Origin: Coniocarpon cinnabarinum
Lineage: Eukaryota
DNA: 64,000 nt
Direction: 5' to 3'
Assembly (NCBI GenBank): GCA_051942205.1
Contig: JAVECO010000133.1
Span: 1 to 64,000 of the forward strand
Both the position numbers and the translations under genes were made by a program. Position 1 is the stretch's first letter, and every line of letters starts with the position of its first letter. Shown in pieces: positions 37,357 to 49,185 of the stretch. Below the pieces are notes generated by a model. That model did not search any database. It was given only the letters and a program-made list of their open reading frames with translations, and had not been told where the DNA came from.

Positions 37357-39157
37357 CTATGGTAAAATGATCTGTGCACTCTCGTTCCATCTGCCCTTGA
37401 CGTCCCCGCCGTCAGCGAACCATTCCACATCATCCCTGCTCATCTCCTCGCCCTCCAAATCATCTATATTCTCCCGCACCACTGGCAACCCCGGCCTCGG
37501 GCGCCAATGCTTGACATTGCACTCCTTGATACTCTGACACACTTTGCTCCGTCGTAGTCGCTTAAAGCGCGGACCCAGTGGTCCGTTGACGTAATGATAC
37601 TGGCCCGCGAAGCGATACTGGCGTTTGTCCGACAGGGGATACATTTTGTCGCCCCAGTGACCGACGAAATAAAACCATTCGGTTGGACTCCAGGGGTTGA
37701 GTGTCGAAGCGCGGAGAGCGTCACTCGGCCAATCGTAGGTGTATGCATGCATGTTCAATAATGGGTCCCATAACGGCCCGCGATCTGTCGTGTCATGCAG
37801 CAGCCCCAGTGGAAGAACGTATCGATGCAGTCCAGGTGTCCCGTACATGGCGTGCGTTCCCGTGCCACTGTATCCTACTGGCCGCCTCCCTATCTTTTCG
37901 ACTGCAGAATACGTAAACGCCTCTCCGAAATCATGTTCCGAGAAGAAGATCTCAATCGGCTTTCCGTGCTTGAAGCGAACAAGCGTGTGCTCCCAGTCAC
38001 CGACATGGTTGCCGAAGCGAATGTTCAAGACACGGTTTCCAAGGTTGTAGGAGTAGAAGAAAAACCAGAAGGCGTCGACAATGCCATCTGCTTTAGGAAC
38101 CGTGATAAGAACAACAGGGGCGTCGGATCGGCCTCCGCGAGGACGGTAAGAAGGATCGTAAGAGTGTCGTTTCCTGAGGACGTCAGACTTGAGTTGCTGG
38201 CGGGAGAGGATTTCTTGGGCCTCTTTCTTAAGAGTGGCGATTTCTTCAGGAGAGACATTTGGAATTCCGGAGTCGTCCATTTGCGTCTGAGCAGAAGCGC
38301 TGTCCACTTCCTCGGGCTCATCCTCAGTATCAGGGTTGAGCGGGTCTTCGTCAATGTCGCTCAATGCGTCGTCTTCTCGCACTGGGATATTTTTCTCACT
38401 GCCCAGCCACTTCGGTCGGTCTTCAACATTGTCATTACTCTGTAAATACACGAAACGGCCATATCTGTTCAATTCATGCAAATTCGAGAGGTTGTACTCG
38501 GCTCCGCAATCTGTGATGGGTGTGAAATTATAGTACGGCGTCGTGTGCACCAGGTGCTCCGCAATGTCACTGGGCCAGAACTCTTCATCCGAGTAGAGAT
38601 GAATCAAAGGCGCATAGTCGAGCACATAATCTGGAACCGTCCTTCTCACAATCTCGCGCTCGCTCCATGACTCTGGCATCGCGTCGCCATTATGCCACCA
38701 TTGCGTCGTGTTGATATTCTCATACCGCTCGGAATGCGGTACCTTGCAATTCAGCACCACAGGATTGTGGTAGAACAGTCGACTCCACCAGCTTCCGCCA
38801 TTGCTGCTGATGAGCCAGTACGGGCCTCGGAAGATGGCTGTTGACAAGTCGTCGAAGAAATTGATAAAGGCGTAAGGGCTAGAGAAGGCGAAAAGAATGG
38901 ACATGACGAAGATGAGGAAGGCGACGAGGATCAGCGAGATTCGCAGACATAATCGGCGCTTGCGAACCGGGGGTGTTGGATGCGGCGGGGTGGGTGGCTG
39001 TTGCTGATGCGCGAGGAGGGACGAGGATGCGTCGCGCATCGATTCAGGCTGATTGTCGATGTCATCGCCGTCGTCATCCCGGTAGCCATGGGGAAGCACT
39101 GTGATTTTTGGTTAAAGACGGGTTATCAAGTGATAATGGCGGCGTGCTTGACGTACT
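37357..39157 (-). CDS. VPS62: Vacuolar protein sorting 62 family protein
   Basis: N-terminal TM helix, then VPDYVLDYAPLIHLYSDEEFWPSDIAEHL, VDAFWFFFYSYNLGN, FGNHVGDWEH, GTHAMY, DTTDRGPLWDP and GHWGD. The ATG is probably split by intron 39099-39156. Confidence 0.9.
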
Positions 39158-40004
39158 TATACTATAGAGTATGGATAGCCGAAGGTGTTATCGGCAGTAA
39201 GATCTGATGCGCGACATCCAGAACGAGAATGGCTTTACAATTGCTCAAATGGGGACCTGATCAAATTATGTGAATACGTGTCGGGCGCAGCCATAGGATG
39301 TAGGACGAGAGAGAGTCGTGAATGAGCGGAAGAGAGGTGAATGCGATGTCTTACTGAATCAGCAGCCACTTTGGTACCTCGCTATGACCAATGTGGCAAC
39401 GTTTAGTCCGATGTGCCGACGGATGACCAGCGTATCACGTGATGCTAATTCACCACGTATAAGAGGCACCACTCTTTTCCAATGACAGGGGCAAGACGCG
39501 TGTCTGGGCAAAGAGCCCTTGGCTTCATACGTGCCTTCAACATGAATTTTGCTTCACAAAAGAATTGTCCCCAGAAAGTTCCTATGTCACCGGAAGAGAG
39601 TCACGATAACGTATTTGCCTCGTGACACGACTCCTATCATATTGGCTACCGATAACACGTCTCCGTCTTGAACAAACATCTGCTTTGCGATGAACGATTG
39701 CATTGTCCGTTGAATTGATAATGCTGAGATTTCGCGTCAAGATTGTGCGCTACCAACAGTGACAATGCTCCATCATGCATGGATGGCGGCGCTGGTAAAA
39801 CCCACGGTTGAGATAGGAGTCTATGTCAATGTTAACCGTGGAAATGGAAGAGGCTACAGGAAGACACCGTTGAACGGCTTTAGACACCGCAAATATGTTT
39901 ACATTTTCTTCTGTGGGACGTGCTATCTTCTGCTAAACTACACTCTACATCTCACGTCCTACGCTTTGACATAACCTTTCATCCGTAAAAAGTATTCAAG
40001 AGCC

Positions 40005-40610
40005 ATGATTCGTTCATACAGGTTATTCCCTACCGAGCTGTTCCGGATCAACAATGGGTTGCAGGTGTTTCTCCGCCCATGGACGGATCTCCGACCACGT
40101 CGGTTTGATATACATCTTTGTGACAATTACGTCGAACCTCGTGCACTCAATCCTAGACGATATCAAGGTACGCGACCGCCATTACGCTTTGCTCTAGTAT
40201 AGTAGCCAGCTCATTACGTTGTAGCACCTAATGGTGCATCAATGCGACCAAATTCACCGTATCAACACTACCTCATCAACCAATTTCGAGGGCATGATAC
40301 GATCGTCTATGTGGTACCGAAGGACACTCGCCTCAGCAAGTCTTTGATTCTCGTTCATGAACGCATGGATCACTGGTCGCTACAACCAGCAGAACGTATG
40401 ACTTTGGAAGGTATTTGCTCTCTTTGAGCACTCTTATGGCATGTTTTGGCGCTAATCTCACCTCCAGAGGTCAACAGCGAGATGACGTCATTCTTCAAGG
40501 CCAACGCAACGGCACTTAATGCAAAGGAGTGGAAATTATTGTATCCTTCACCGACAGTCCATCTACGCAACTGCAAGGATTTTTCTGCGGCATCATCTAA
40601 GAAGCCTTGA
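40005..40610 (+). CDS. Tse2-like ADP-ribosyltransferase-fold protein
   Basis: Exons 40005-40167, 40225-40410 and 40468-40610 give FPTELFRIN...APNGASMRPN...VYVVPKDTRLSKSLILVHERMDHWSLQPAERMTLEE, which I recognise as the fungal ADPRTs_Tse2 motif set. Confidence 0.8.
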
Positions 40611-40958
40611 GCACAGGGAGGAAAGGACGCTGGTCAATCAATTGATTGAGCGACTGCAACTGGCTCTCTGAAAGTCACGTGATGGCATCATGCAAGGTAC
40701 TAACGTGGGGCTAAGGAAGTTTAGCACACACCCCACTCAATATGCGCAAAGATGTTCCAAACCGCAAAGCGTGGAATTTCCCGTTTGCATCAGACCGCAC
40801 ATTACTATTGCATGTAATGCACTGGAGCGAGTAATCAGACCTCTGTCAAGAGCTTGGCCGATGGCTTGCCTAACGCCTTTTTCAAGATGCTCCGCCCCAC
40901 TACTTTGTTTTTCCCCTCTTTATCCTCGCTTTCTGCAGACTGAAACTGCTCGTTGAGG

Positions 40959-42416
40959 ATGGCGGTTGCAGATGAAGCACCAATTGACTCAGACTTTGGA
41001 TCAGAAAATGGATGGGAATACGAGTATGACGACCACGAAACGGAAGAATTCTACATCACCCTCGACTTGACCACACATGTCAAACCCGACGAGCGCCGAG
41101 ATTTTCCTGGCCGTCAAAAGCCCGAACAGCTCTCTAGTCAATCGCGCAATGCAAGGAAGCCGCGAAGCGCAAGGGGAGGGGCTTATGGGCAATCGAAGCG
41201 CCCGAGCAAGCGGTCGCTTGCGCGAGCAAAAAAGTTGGGTGAGGGCGAAGATGAGTCGGCAAGACAGAACGGCGCAGACGGACCAACTACACCACCTCAG
41301 CAGACACCAGTAGACGTTCAAGGAACGCCTTCGGTAATCGACACGCCTACGAACAACAACGCCGTGGACGCTACAGAAACATCACAATCCGCAGCCCAAT
41401 CTTTACCCGAATCAATTCAGATTCTTGACCTTCATACTCCGGAACCGCTCGTCGCTTTCCAAAATCGGGTGTTTTCTTGTTCATGGGCCTCTTCTGTTGG
41501 GACAGACATGCTCTTCACTGCACCTGAGAGACGCTTTCCTACTTCAACATCCACCGATGATCAAACACAACCATCATCAGCTCCTGACGATCCAGTCACC
41601 GATGCCGAGCTTCTGGCCACGACTCGCCATCGCCTCATTGCTCACCCCGTCAAGCTTGTTCCCCACGGCGCTCCCACCAAGCGCAGCAACAAGCGCGGCG
41701 CCCGGCTCGCAACCACTTCAGAGCAGGATCCCAACACTATACAAAAAGATGAAGTGTTGCCACCACCAAAACAAAGCAAAAGCATGAAACAGCAAGACTT
41801 CCTGCAACAACTCTCCGACTTGCGAAAAGAAAAAGGGGAAGATCCTTGGGTACCAATGCGAAAGGAGGAGTTGATGGTGCCGAAAGAAATCCGCGAAGCA
41901 AGAGCAGCGGCGAAAGCAATAGACGAGGCGGACGCGGCGGAGCGGGCAGCAGCTCGTGGCGAGCTTGGTGGTGTTGCACATGCTAGCGGTTTTCGTGGAG
42001 GCAGCAGGCCGAGAAGAGGTCCTGGGAGTCGCGGTGGCCTTGGCAGGACGCCACAATCTGCGAGGACGCTGAGAGAAGCACAAAGTGCATGGAGCGGTGG
42101 CGGAACTGGAGCGGATGGAAATCATCAGGGTGCCGAGCAAGTGTCCGTGATGGGCTCACCGGGCTCGAATCTACCTGTACCGACCGCACCCAGCATCGGG
42201 GCAACGGATGAAGGGACGTCAGCGCAAGGTTCAGGCACTGACGAGAGAAGGCAGCCGGAAGCTGCTGTGGAAGAGTCTGTGACTGAAGTGCGTGACCTGG
42301 CAGGATTGCAAGAGAGCTTGGGTCAAGCGAACATTCGTGATGCTTCTCAGGATATGGGCGTCGACCCGAGCAATGACAAGTCTGTGGCATCTGAAGGAAT
42401 CGAAGAGCCCTCATAG
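40959..42416 (+). CDS. Transcription factor IIIC triple-barrel (TFIIIC_sub6-like) domain protein
   Basis: WEYEYDDHETEEFYITLDLT ... IQILDLHTPEPLVAFQNRVFSCSWASSVGTDMLF. Confidence 0.8.
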   Translation: MAVADEAPIDSDFGSENGWEYEYDDHETEEFYITLDLTTHVKPDERRDFPGRQKPEQLSSQSRNARKPRSARGGAYGQSKRPSKRSLARAKKLGEGEDESARQNGADGPTTPPQQTPVDVQGTPSVIDTPTNNNAVDATETSQSAAQSLPESIQILDLHTPEPLVAFQNRVFSCSWASSVGTDMLFTAPERRFPTSTSTDDQTQPSSAPDDPVTDAELLATTRHRLIAHPVKLVPHGAPTKRSNKRGARLATTSEQDPNTIQKDEVLPPPKQSKSMKQQDFLQQLSDLRKEKGEDPWVPMRKEELMVPKEIREARAAAKAIDEADAAERAAARGELGGVAHASGFRGGSRPRRGPGSRGGLGRTPQSARTLREAQSAWSGGGTGADGNHQGAEQVSVMGSPGSNLPVPTAPSIGATDEGTSAQGSGTDERRQPEAAVEESVTEVRDLAGLQESLGQANIRDASQDMGVDPSNDKSVASEGIEEPS

Positions 42417-42735
42417 AACTGTATGTTACGCATTCGCGTCGAGCGCATACATAGCCTTGACTGTCTCACGCCACTTGAGTTCAGTGCTTTCATTGTAGTG
42501 CCTGCAAGAACGAGCCATACATTGCTTCCACCCAGATATGCATTTTACCATGAAACGCTATCTCGAGTTCTCAATTGACTTATCGCGTGTCTGCACCACC
42601 TCAAAAGTAAACCTGATGAATGTATCGACTTAGATCGGTATTGCGAAGCCCCACTGCATGAGCCGGAAAGTTTTACGATGGATGCATACCATTCTCTGAT
42701 ATTGTCGCTATGCTATCGTCTGGCGCATCACTATT

Positions 42736-43544
42736 CTAAGCCTCTGCAGATTGGAAGGCGCCGGGGTACATCCTTATATTGTACTCTAGTGGGCCCGAGT
42801 TCTTCAAAAACTGCACGTACGCACCATCAGGTCTCACACGTCCTTGCGTCCTTTGCTCCACGTACTCCGCGCGGTTCAAGCTGGTGAATCCCCACTTCTT
42901 CGACACGATGATCTTTTGCCGACCGGGGAACTTGTACTGGGAGCGGCGAAGGGCCTCAATGGCGTGAGCGCGGTTGGCGTCACGAGTGCGCACACTCAAG
43001 ATGATTTGGCCAATGTTGACACGAGCGACTGTGCCGTTGGGCTTGCCGAAGGCGCCGCGCATGCCGGTTTGCAATCGATCGGCACCGGCACATGACAACA
43101 TCTTGTTGATGCGGACGACGTGGTATGGATGTGCGCGAACCCGGAGATGGAAACCTTCTTTGCCTGCAATCTTGACGAGATATCTGGGACAAGTTGGTCA
43201 ACTCATGCATGGATTTCTGAGGACAACAACCGTACTTGTTGGCGCAGATACGAGCAGCTTCAAGGGCTTCACTGCTCAATTGTTCATACTCGTTGGAAAC
43301 GAGGTGAATGCAGAGGGGAAATTCATCGACGCCTGCGCGCTTGCGACCAAGGTCAAAGATGCGGATCTTCGGGTCGGGCACACCACGGTTAAAGCGAGAC
43401 TTGGGATATGGCTAGCAACATGATCAGCCTGTCATTTGTAATACTCATATCGCGAAATTTTGAGGTCCGCGCAAGATCTGCCAGGTGTTTGAAACGTACC
43501 TTGTTCTTGCAATAGCGATAGCAGCGAGCTGGACGACGAGCCAT
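42736..43544 (-). CDS. RPL10: 60S ribosomal protein L10 (uL16)
   Basis: Exons 43544-43500, 43411-43236, 43183-42736 give [37 protein letters not shown]...[21 protein letters not shown]. Probable 5'-UTR intron at 43550-43620. Confidence 0.98.
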
Positions 43545-44048
43545 ATTGACTGTTCTTGATGCTCAACGCGTTAGAGGGATTTCAAGTGAGGACGCAAGGA
43601 AGAAAGATGTAAACACTTACGAAACGCTGAGGTTGTTAGATCGCCACCTGTTGTCGTCAGTCGTTGATTTCAAAGCAGACACGGCAAGCGAGCATTCAAA
43701 GTCTTGGCATTGATAATCACGCTCATATACAGATATTCCTTTTTAGGTAGCTAATAAGGGCTTAGAAGCCCCACCAATATCAAGCGACCAACGCCGCCGA
43801 ATGAGCAAGTGATAGTGGACGTTTATGACCATTTCCATGTTGAAATTAAGAGCTGAGAGTAAGCCAACTGCAATGGAACATGACAGGAAGGGTGCAAAGT
43901 CAGGCTCTGAGGTGCTCAGCTTTTATAGATTCCCTATTAACTGCAATGCAAGCCGTTTTCTTGGTGGGCAAAACAAACGTGGAATTGCCTAAGTCCATCG
44001 GGCCATCTTGATCCTGAAACGCCATGCATGAATGCAGCAAGAGCAGCT

Positions 44049-44724
44049 CTATTGAGTGGTGCTCGAGAGAATATCAGAGTCACCGGCATCCATGATGCTC
44101 ATGGTGGAGCTGCATAGGAAGTCAATAACAAAAACTGTCCAACGAGGTTTAGCAGACATACCACTTAAAGAGTTTTCCACATGCGGTTCCGAGCTCGAGC
44201 TGTTTTACGTAGTGTCAGCAATTTACGTGCCCTCCGAAGCCACGAAGGCTTCTTCTCCGGACGAGACCCTCAAGGCCATGAGCAGCCCATCGCAGGGAAG
44301 ATAGCTTCCAGTATGTTCAACTCACATTGTTGCCGCTGAAGTGATGTACCGATGTCTTGCCGAGCATCGCATAATCTGTGGATATTATCAACGACCGTTC
44401 CGCAGCTGATGCTGTCTTCTTTAGCTCATACATTCGAGTTCGGATTTTCCTGATACTTGTAAGCTCATGCGACGGGGGCAGACGTAAGGTAGCGACGACG
44501 TACGAAGAGGAGGTGTGTTGCCCGCAATGATGACAAGCTTGGCTTTGCCAGCTCGCATTTGCTTCAGCGTTGACTTGTAGCCGAGCGTGACTGGATCCGT
44601 TGTGAGACCACCATATCATCAGACTTTGCTCTTGCGAACTTCAGTGGATACCTTTGCCGGACTTCATGACAAGCGCCAGACGCGAGTTGATGCTATCTTG
44701 AGTATTCTTCTTCTTCGGTCCCAT
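44049..44724 (-). CDS. RPL30: 60S ribosomal protein L30 (eL30), 6 coding exons
   Basis: [34 protein letters not shown]...[60 protein letters not shown]. Confidence 0.97.
44229..44262 (-). promoter_or_regulatory. Kink-turn RNA hairpin in RPL30 intron 44200-44325
   Basis: Pre-mRNA GUCC-GGA-GAA-GAAGCC-[UUCGU]-GGCUUC-GGA-GGGC: C-stem, 3-nt bulge, tandem G.A/A.G pairs and a 6-bp NC-stem. Confidence 0.7.
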
Positions 44725-45385
44725 CGTGCCGGTGCGGACTCTGGCTTGTCTCTGCAGCGGTAATGTGGTTGGAACTCGGGCGCGACAAGACTCCTTACCA
44801 GTGATGCGTGTGTGTGCGCCTGGAGATGTCAAGGATGGAGATCGGAGATAGACTGACGCTAAGCCTTGTGGGGCCAGATTTCAGGTTGCCCTCATCTGTC
44901 CATCCCCGTTCAGGAAACCTCGTTAAGGAGACCAAAGAATGTGTCCGCTTGCATCTGCATGAACTGTCTACCTATCGATACAGAGTAAAGTCACAGATAC
45001 CGCTGCTCACCAATTTCTGCCAGGCCCTGTGAATGTTTCGCATTAGTTGAGCCATATCCAGACGTGCAATTCCTATTGCTGCTGAAACGCGGCAACTTGG
45101 CTGGGTCCATATAGCTCCCATTCCGGCGGCAAAAGCTGCATAAAAAGCCTCGATCTGCTCCGCCTATAGCGAAAGTCGGCTTGAAATCTAAGAAGACAAC
45201 GGCATTGCCGTCTCATCGTCGGATAAAGCCGGATTAGCTTGTCTCTCAGCCGAAAGTGAGCATTACGAACGTTCCATTGGACACAGCCACCTCTATTCAT
45301 ACTTCAGCGACTGCTGCGCATGGAAATCCCACGCAGTCCCACCAGCCTTCGTCGCTAGTCAGCAAGCTTCAACAAGTACTTCACC

Positions 45386-47716
45386 ATGCCTCAATCAAGC
45401 ACGCCCAATCCAACGCACGTCCAAAACAACTCGACCTCCAACGCTAAGAGCCCCAGCCCGTCTCGAAACATGGCTGCGTCCGCTAAGGCTACGCCCGACC
45501 CTCTTAACCGCGCAAAATCTGTCAGAAATGCCAACGGAAGCCCCCTTTCTGCTCGAGGCTCAGTTCGAAGACCAGCTCATGCTTCAAGAAGCGAATCTGG
45601 TGCTGGAACGGAAGACTCCAAGGCTGAGACAACGGCACTTATCGATGACTTGAAGGAGCAATTACGCAAAGCCGAGATTGCCTCTGAGGAGTACCAAAAG
45701 CAAGCTGCGGTATTGCAGTCTAAACTGGATGAGGCGCTGGGGGACCATGATAGGCTTCAAGAGACAGCGCAGAATCACATCTCGCGTGTTGAGGCATTGG
45801 AGAAGGAAACAAGAGATAGCGCCAGAAGGTTTCGAGATCTAGAATCAGCATTCGAGAACGAAAAAGTGTCTTCAATGAAAGCTCACGAGGATGCTTTGAG
45901 CAAAGAACAAGAATTGTCAGATACCGTTCAGCGTTTGAGAGAGAGCTTAGCGAGTAGAGATAAACGGGGGAGTGTGGAAGGTGAATCTCTCCTGTCACGA
46001 GCTACCAGCATCCGTGGAAGAACCTCACCAAATCCAAAGAGCCCTGACTCACACAATGTGGAACCTCGAGACTCCAGCCAGAACAACGCGAAGCTGGTCC
46101 ACCAAAAAGACAAGATCATTGAGTCTCTACGCTTGGAGTTGGCTGAAGCCCAAATCAAGAACGTCGAACTTGAGAACGCCGGCGGCGGCAAGACTCAAGA
46201 ACTAGAGAAGAAGTTGCTTGAAGCTCGTATGAGCAATGCGAAGCTCTTGGAAGACAACGAGAGCTATCAGGTATTGCTTCAAGAGCGAACGCTGAATGGC
46301 TCGTTTGGCAAGTCAGCATTCCTGGATCCCAGCGATAGCCACAGTGACCGACCACCGCCGACACCCAACACACCTTCATTGAAACCAGTTTCTGGCAGTC
46401 TTGCCGACGAATTAAATGATGATAACATCACAGACGACAACACCGACGACAAATACCGTAAGCTTGAAGCAGATTTGTCTGCTCAGAAAGATCAAAACAA
46501 AGCCCTCACGCTCTACATAAACAAGATTATCACACGACTACTTCAAAACGAGACTTTCGAGCAATTGTTCGAGAATGGCTCAATCACCGACGGTCCGCTC
46601 AAGTCTCCTGTGCCGCCAGTGGAGACAGCGGCTCCGGTCCCGAAAGCTGAGGAGGTGAACGCCGAGTCTGCGCGCAAAGAGGTCGCGGGACAAACAAATG
46701 CGCCTTCTTCATTTTTGCAGCGAGCCGGTTCGATCTTTGGTGGGCGCCAACGAGGTCGACCTGCCCGGCCGAAGTCCATACAGCCTCCTCAGGGAGCGTC
46801 CACGTCACCTGAGCCCAATGCAAAGACACCAATTGCAGCTGTAAATCCGATATCGCCCAATCTGCCTGAGCCCTCACAGCATAACCTACCTGCGATGGGC
46901 ACGCATCTTGCCATACCAAACGAAAATCCTGACTCAGCACCTTCGATTCCGCTTCGCAGGTCTGGGTCCAACCGCGGTCATGCGCGCGTTCCGTCAATGC
47001 GCTCTTCACACCGTCGCTCGACCTCAGACTGGAACGTCGGTGCGGCAGCAGGCATCGTAAACAACATGCACAGAACCCCATCGTCCGGTAATGGCTTGCA
47101 GTCTCCGACTGGTCTAGCTTCACCAAGGCAAACGTCTGCAACTCTCTTCCCTCAGCAATCCGCGCCACCACCCCTGATCCTCGAAGATGCCGAGCGCAGT
47201 CCTGAGGTGGATGGGGCAAACCGAGCAGATGTAGCTAGTGACTCTGGATACGGAGAAAGCGTCATGTCTCAAGCCACATCGGCGGATGCATCGGCATCTC
47301 CACGTGCTGCCGCAGCAGCCGCGTTAGAAGGCAAGCCACTCCCACCGGTACCCAATCTGAATCGGACAGAAACTTCGAGAAGTGAGGAAAATAAAGCAGC
47401 AGCCAGTGGTCCAGCGTCATGGTTCTCGGGACCTGCGAAGAAGGAAGAAAAAGGTGGTATGCGTCCTTTGCGACTCGTTCAAGAGAAAAACGAGGCGGAT
47501 GCCGAACGTAAAAAGGCAAATCGGACGAGTTTCATGGGCTGGTTCCAGAAGGGCACGAGTCCGCCTCAAGCGGGCGCGTTGGCAAGCCCGCCGCCTTTGG
47601 GTGGTCACTCGCGGAGTGTGAGCACCATGCCAACGATGGGCGGTTTTGGTGGTCCTGGCCCGAGCTTTGAAAGGGAGAGCAGTACTGAGAACGAGAGACC
47701 AGGAAGCCAGCATTGA
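45386..47716 (+). CDS. Fungal coiled-coil protein (776 aa, uncharacterised)
   Basis: Long single ORF with heptad-rich segments and conserved-looking blocks LRLELAEAQIK, LLEDNESYQVLLQERTLNG and KALTLYINKII. Confidence 0.8.
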   Translation: MPQSSTPNPTHVQNNSTSNAKSPSPSRNMAASAKATPDPLNRAKSVRNANGSPLSARGSVRRPAHASRSESGAGTEDSKAETTALIDDLKEQLRKAEIASEEYQKQAAVLQSKLDEALGDHDRLQETAQNHISRVEALEKETRDSARRFRDLESAFENEKVSSMKAHEDALSKEQELSDTVQRLRESLASRDKRGSVEGESLLSRATSIRGRTSPNPKSPDSHNVEPRDSSQNNAKLVHQKDKIIESLRLELAEAQIKNVELENAGGGKTQELEKKLLEARMSNAKLLEDNESYQVLLQERTLNGSFGKSAFLDPSDSHSDRPPPTPNTPSLKPVSGSLADELNDDNITDDNTDDKYRKLEADLSAQKDQNKALTLYINKIITRLLQNETFEQLFENGSITDGPLKSPVPPVETAAPVPKAEEVNAESARKEVAGQTNAPSSFLQRAGSIFGGRQRGRPARPKSIQPPQGASTSPEPNAKTPIAAVNPISPNLPEPSQHNLPAMGTHLAIPNENPDSAPSIPLRRSGSNRGHARVPSMRSSHRRSTSDWNVGAAAGIVNNMHRTPSSGNGLQSPTGLASPRQTSATLFPQQSAPPPLILEDAERSPEVDGANRADVASDSGYGESVMSQATSADASASPRAAAAAALEGKPLPPVPNLNRTETSRSEENKAAASGPASWFSGPAKKEEKGGMRPLRLVQEKNEADAERKKANRTSFMGWFQKGTSPPQAGALASPPPLGGHSRSVSTMPTMGGFGGPGPSFERESSTENERPGSQH

Positions 47717-47869
47717 TTCGGGTTCTTATGCATTGTATAGACTATGGTATGGGATACGGTGACTAGAAGGCAGCGCGCCCACGAAATTGTACAAGTATCA
47801 CATACAATGTGCATCTAGCACAGAACGAAGATCCAAACGAATCGTTCCTTACCCACAGAATGTTTCTCC

Positions 47870-49008
47870 TCACTCGATTTGATACACCAACTTCTCACCG
47901 CTGACCTCGCCCTTCTTCAGCCTCTCTAATCCGCTCACGATCCCGTCAATACCTCCTGCTTGCACACTCGGCTCCATCTTCCACTTGCCCTGGTTTCTAA
48001 GCTTCTCACAAAGCGCCATCCACTTCTTCGCAAACTCGAAGTCTTCTGGACTCGGCTTGAATACCGTACCGCGAAAGAAAAACTCCTCTCCTACGGCTGT
48101 ATACCCCACCGTCGTGCGACACACCTGGGCCTCGGCCTTCCTCGGGAACGTATCCTCGTATCCCCTCAGAAGTGAGGAATATCGTATTCCTGTCGCACTC
48201 GTGAGGCCGTCAGCGCAGATTTGGCCCGAAGAGCCTTCAGAAATGCAATCGAACGCATGAGAACACTTGTTCTGCGTGAATTCGCGAATTTGTGCACCGC
48301 AGTTGGGATCTTTGTAGTCGAAGGCACCGTCTGCGCCCAGCCGCTTGACAAGGTCAAAGTTCCGTGGCGAGCAGGTCGTGGCCACCGTCAGGCCAGACAG
48401 CTTCGCCATTTGGATTGCGAAGAGCCCAGTCGCGGTGCTCCCGCCGTAAATTAGGACTCTTCCACCTTCCGTGGATTCGCCCGGTAATGGCAAGCCCAAG
48501 CTTTGATATAGCCCCTGGCCGGTAGTGATCAAGCCAACACCATAAGTGGCGGCTTCCGCATCAGAGACATGGTCTGGTGTCTTTATAAGTACATCTGCTT
48601 TCGCGATGACGTATTGTGCAAAGGCGCCAGACTGGGGATTATTTGACTTGACACCATGGCTGAGGCCGCAGACGCGGTCGCCCTCCTGCAAGGCTTTGCT
48701 GATTGGGCCTTTGGTGGATACGATCGTGCCTGAGAAGTCACAACCGATCGTGTGACCCGGTCCAGCGCGAAGTGTGGCTTTCCAGCTGCCAGGGGTGAGT
48801 TCAGAGGCAGACAAAGGCGCCAGATGGGCAAGACGATAAGCACCGACGGAACGCCACGATAGACTCACTCAGTGGGATTCAAGGCAACATAGTGTGTCTT
48901 AATGAGAGCGTAGCCCTCTGGAAGATTGGGAATGGGCACGTCATCATGGACAGAGGACTTGCCGTCACCATCTGTCTTGAGCGCGCATTGATGAGTGGGA
49001 AGCGACAT
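47870..49008 (-). CDS. MDR-superfamily enoyl reductase (ToxD/LovC/YNL134C-like)
   Basis: Exons 49008-48869 and 48785-47870. Motifs VALNPTDWK, GCDFSGTI, GAFAQY, VLIYGGSTATGLFAIQMAK and TTCSPRNFDLVKRLGAD. Confidence 0.92.
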
Positions 49009-49185
49009 AGCTAATTCTTCTTAGTTCCGCTAAGTTACCGTCAGGATGGATGGAACGAGGATTTAGGGCGATGATATATGTCATGAAGTCTCGCCGAGGC
49101 GGCCGATTTTCAAAAGCATCCATTGTCGACGCCACTGATGAGCTATCGTGCTGTTGTACCACCGAGCTTTTTCCTTCGCGGTGAT

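Noticed and set aside
40634..40649. Perfect 16-bp palindrome TCAATCAATTGATTGA after the Tse2-like gene
   Set aside because: Low complexity and isolated, with no element ends or other support.
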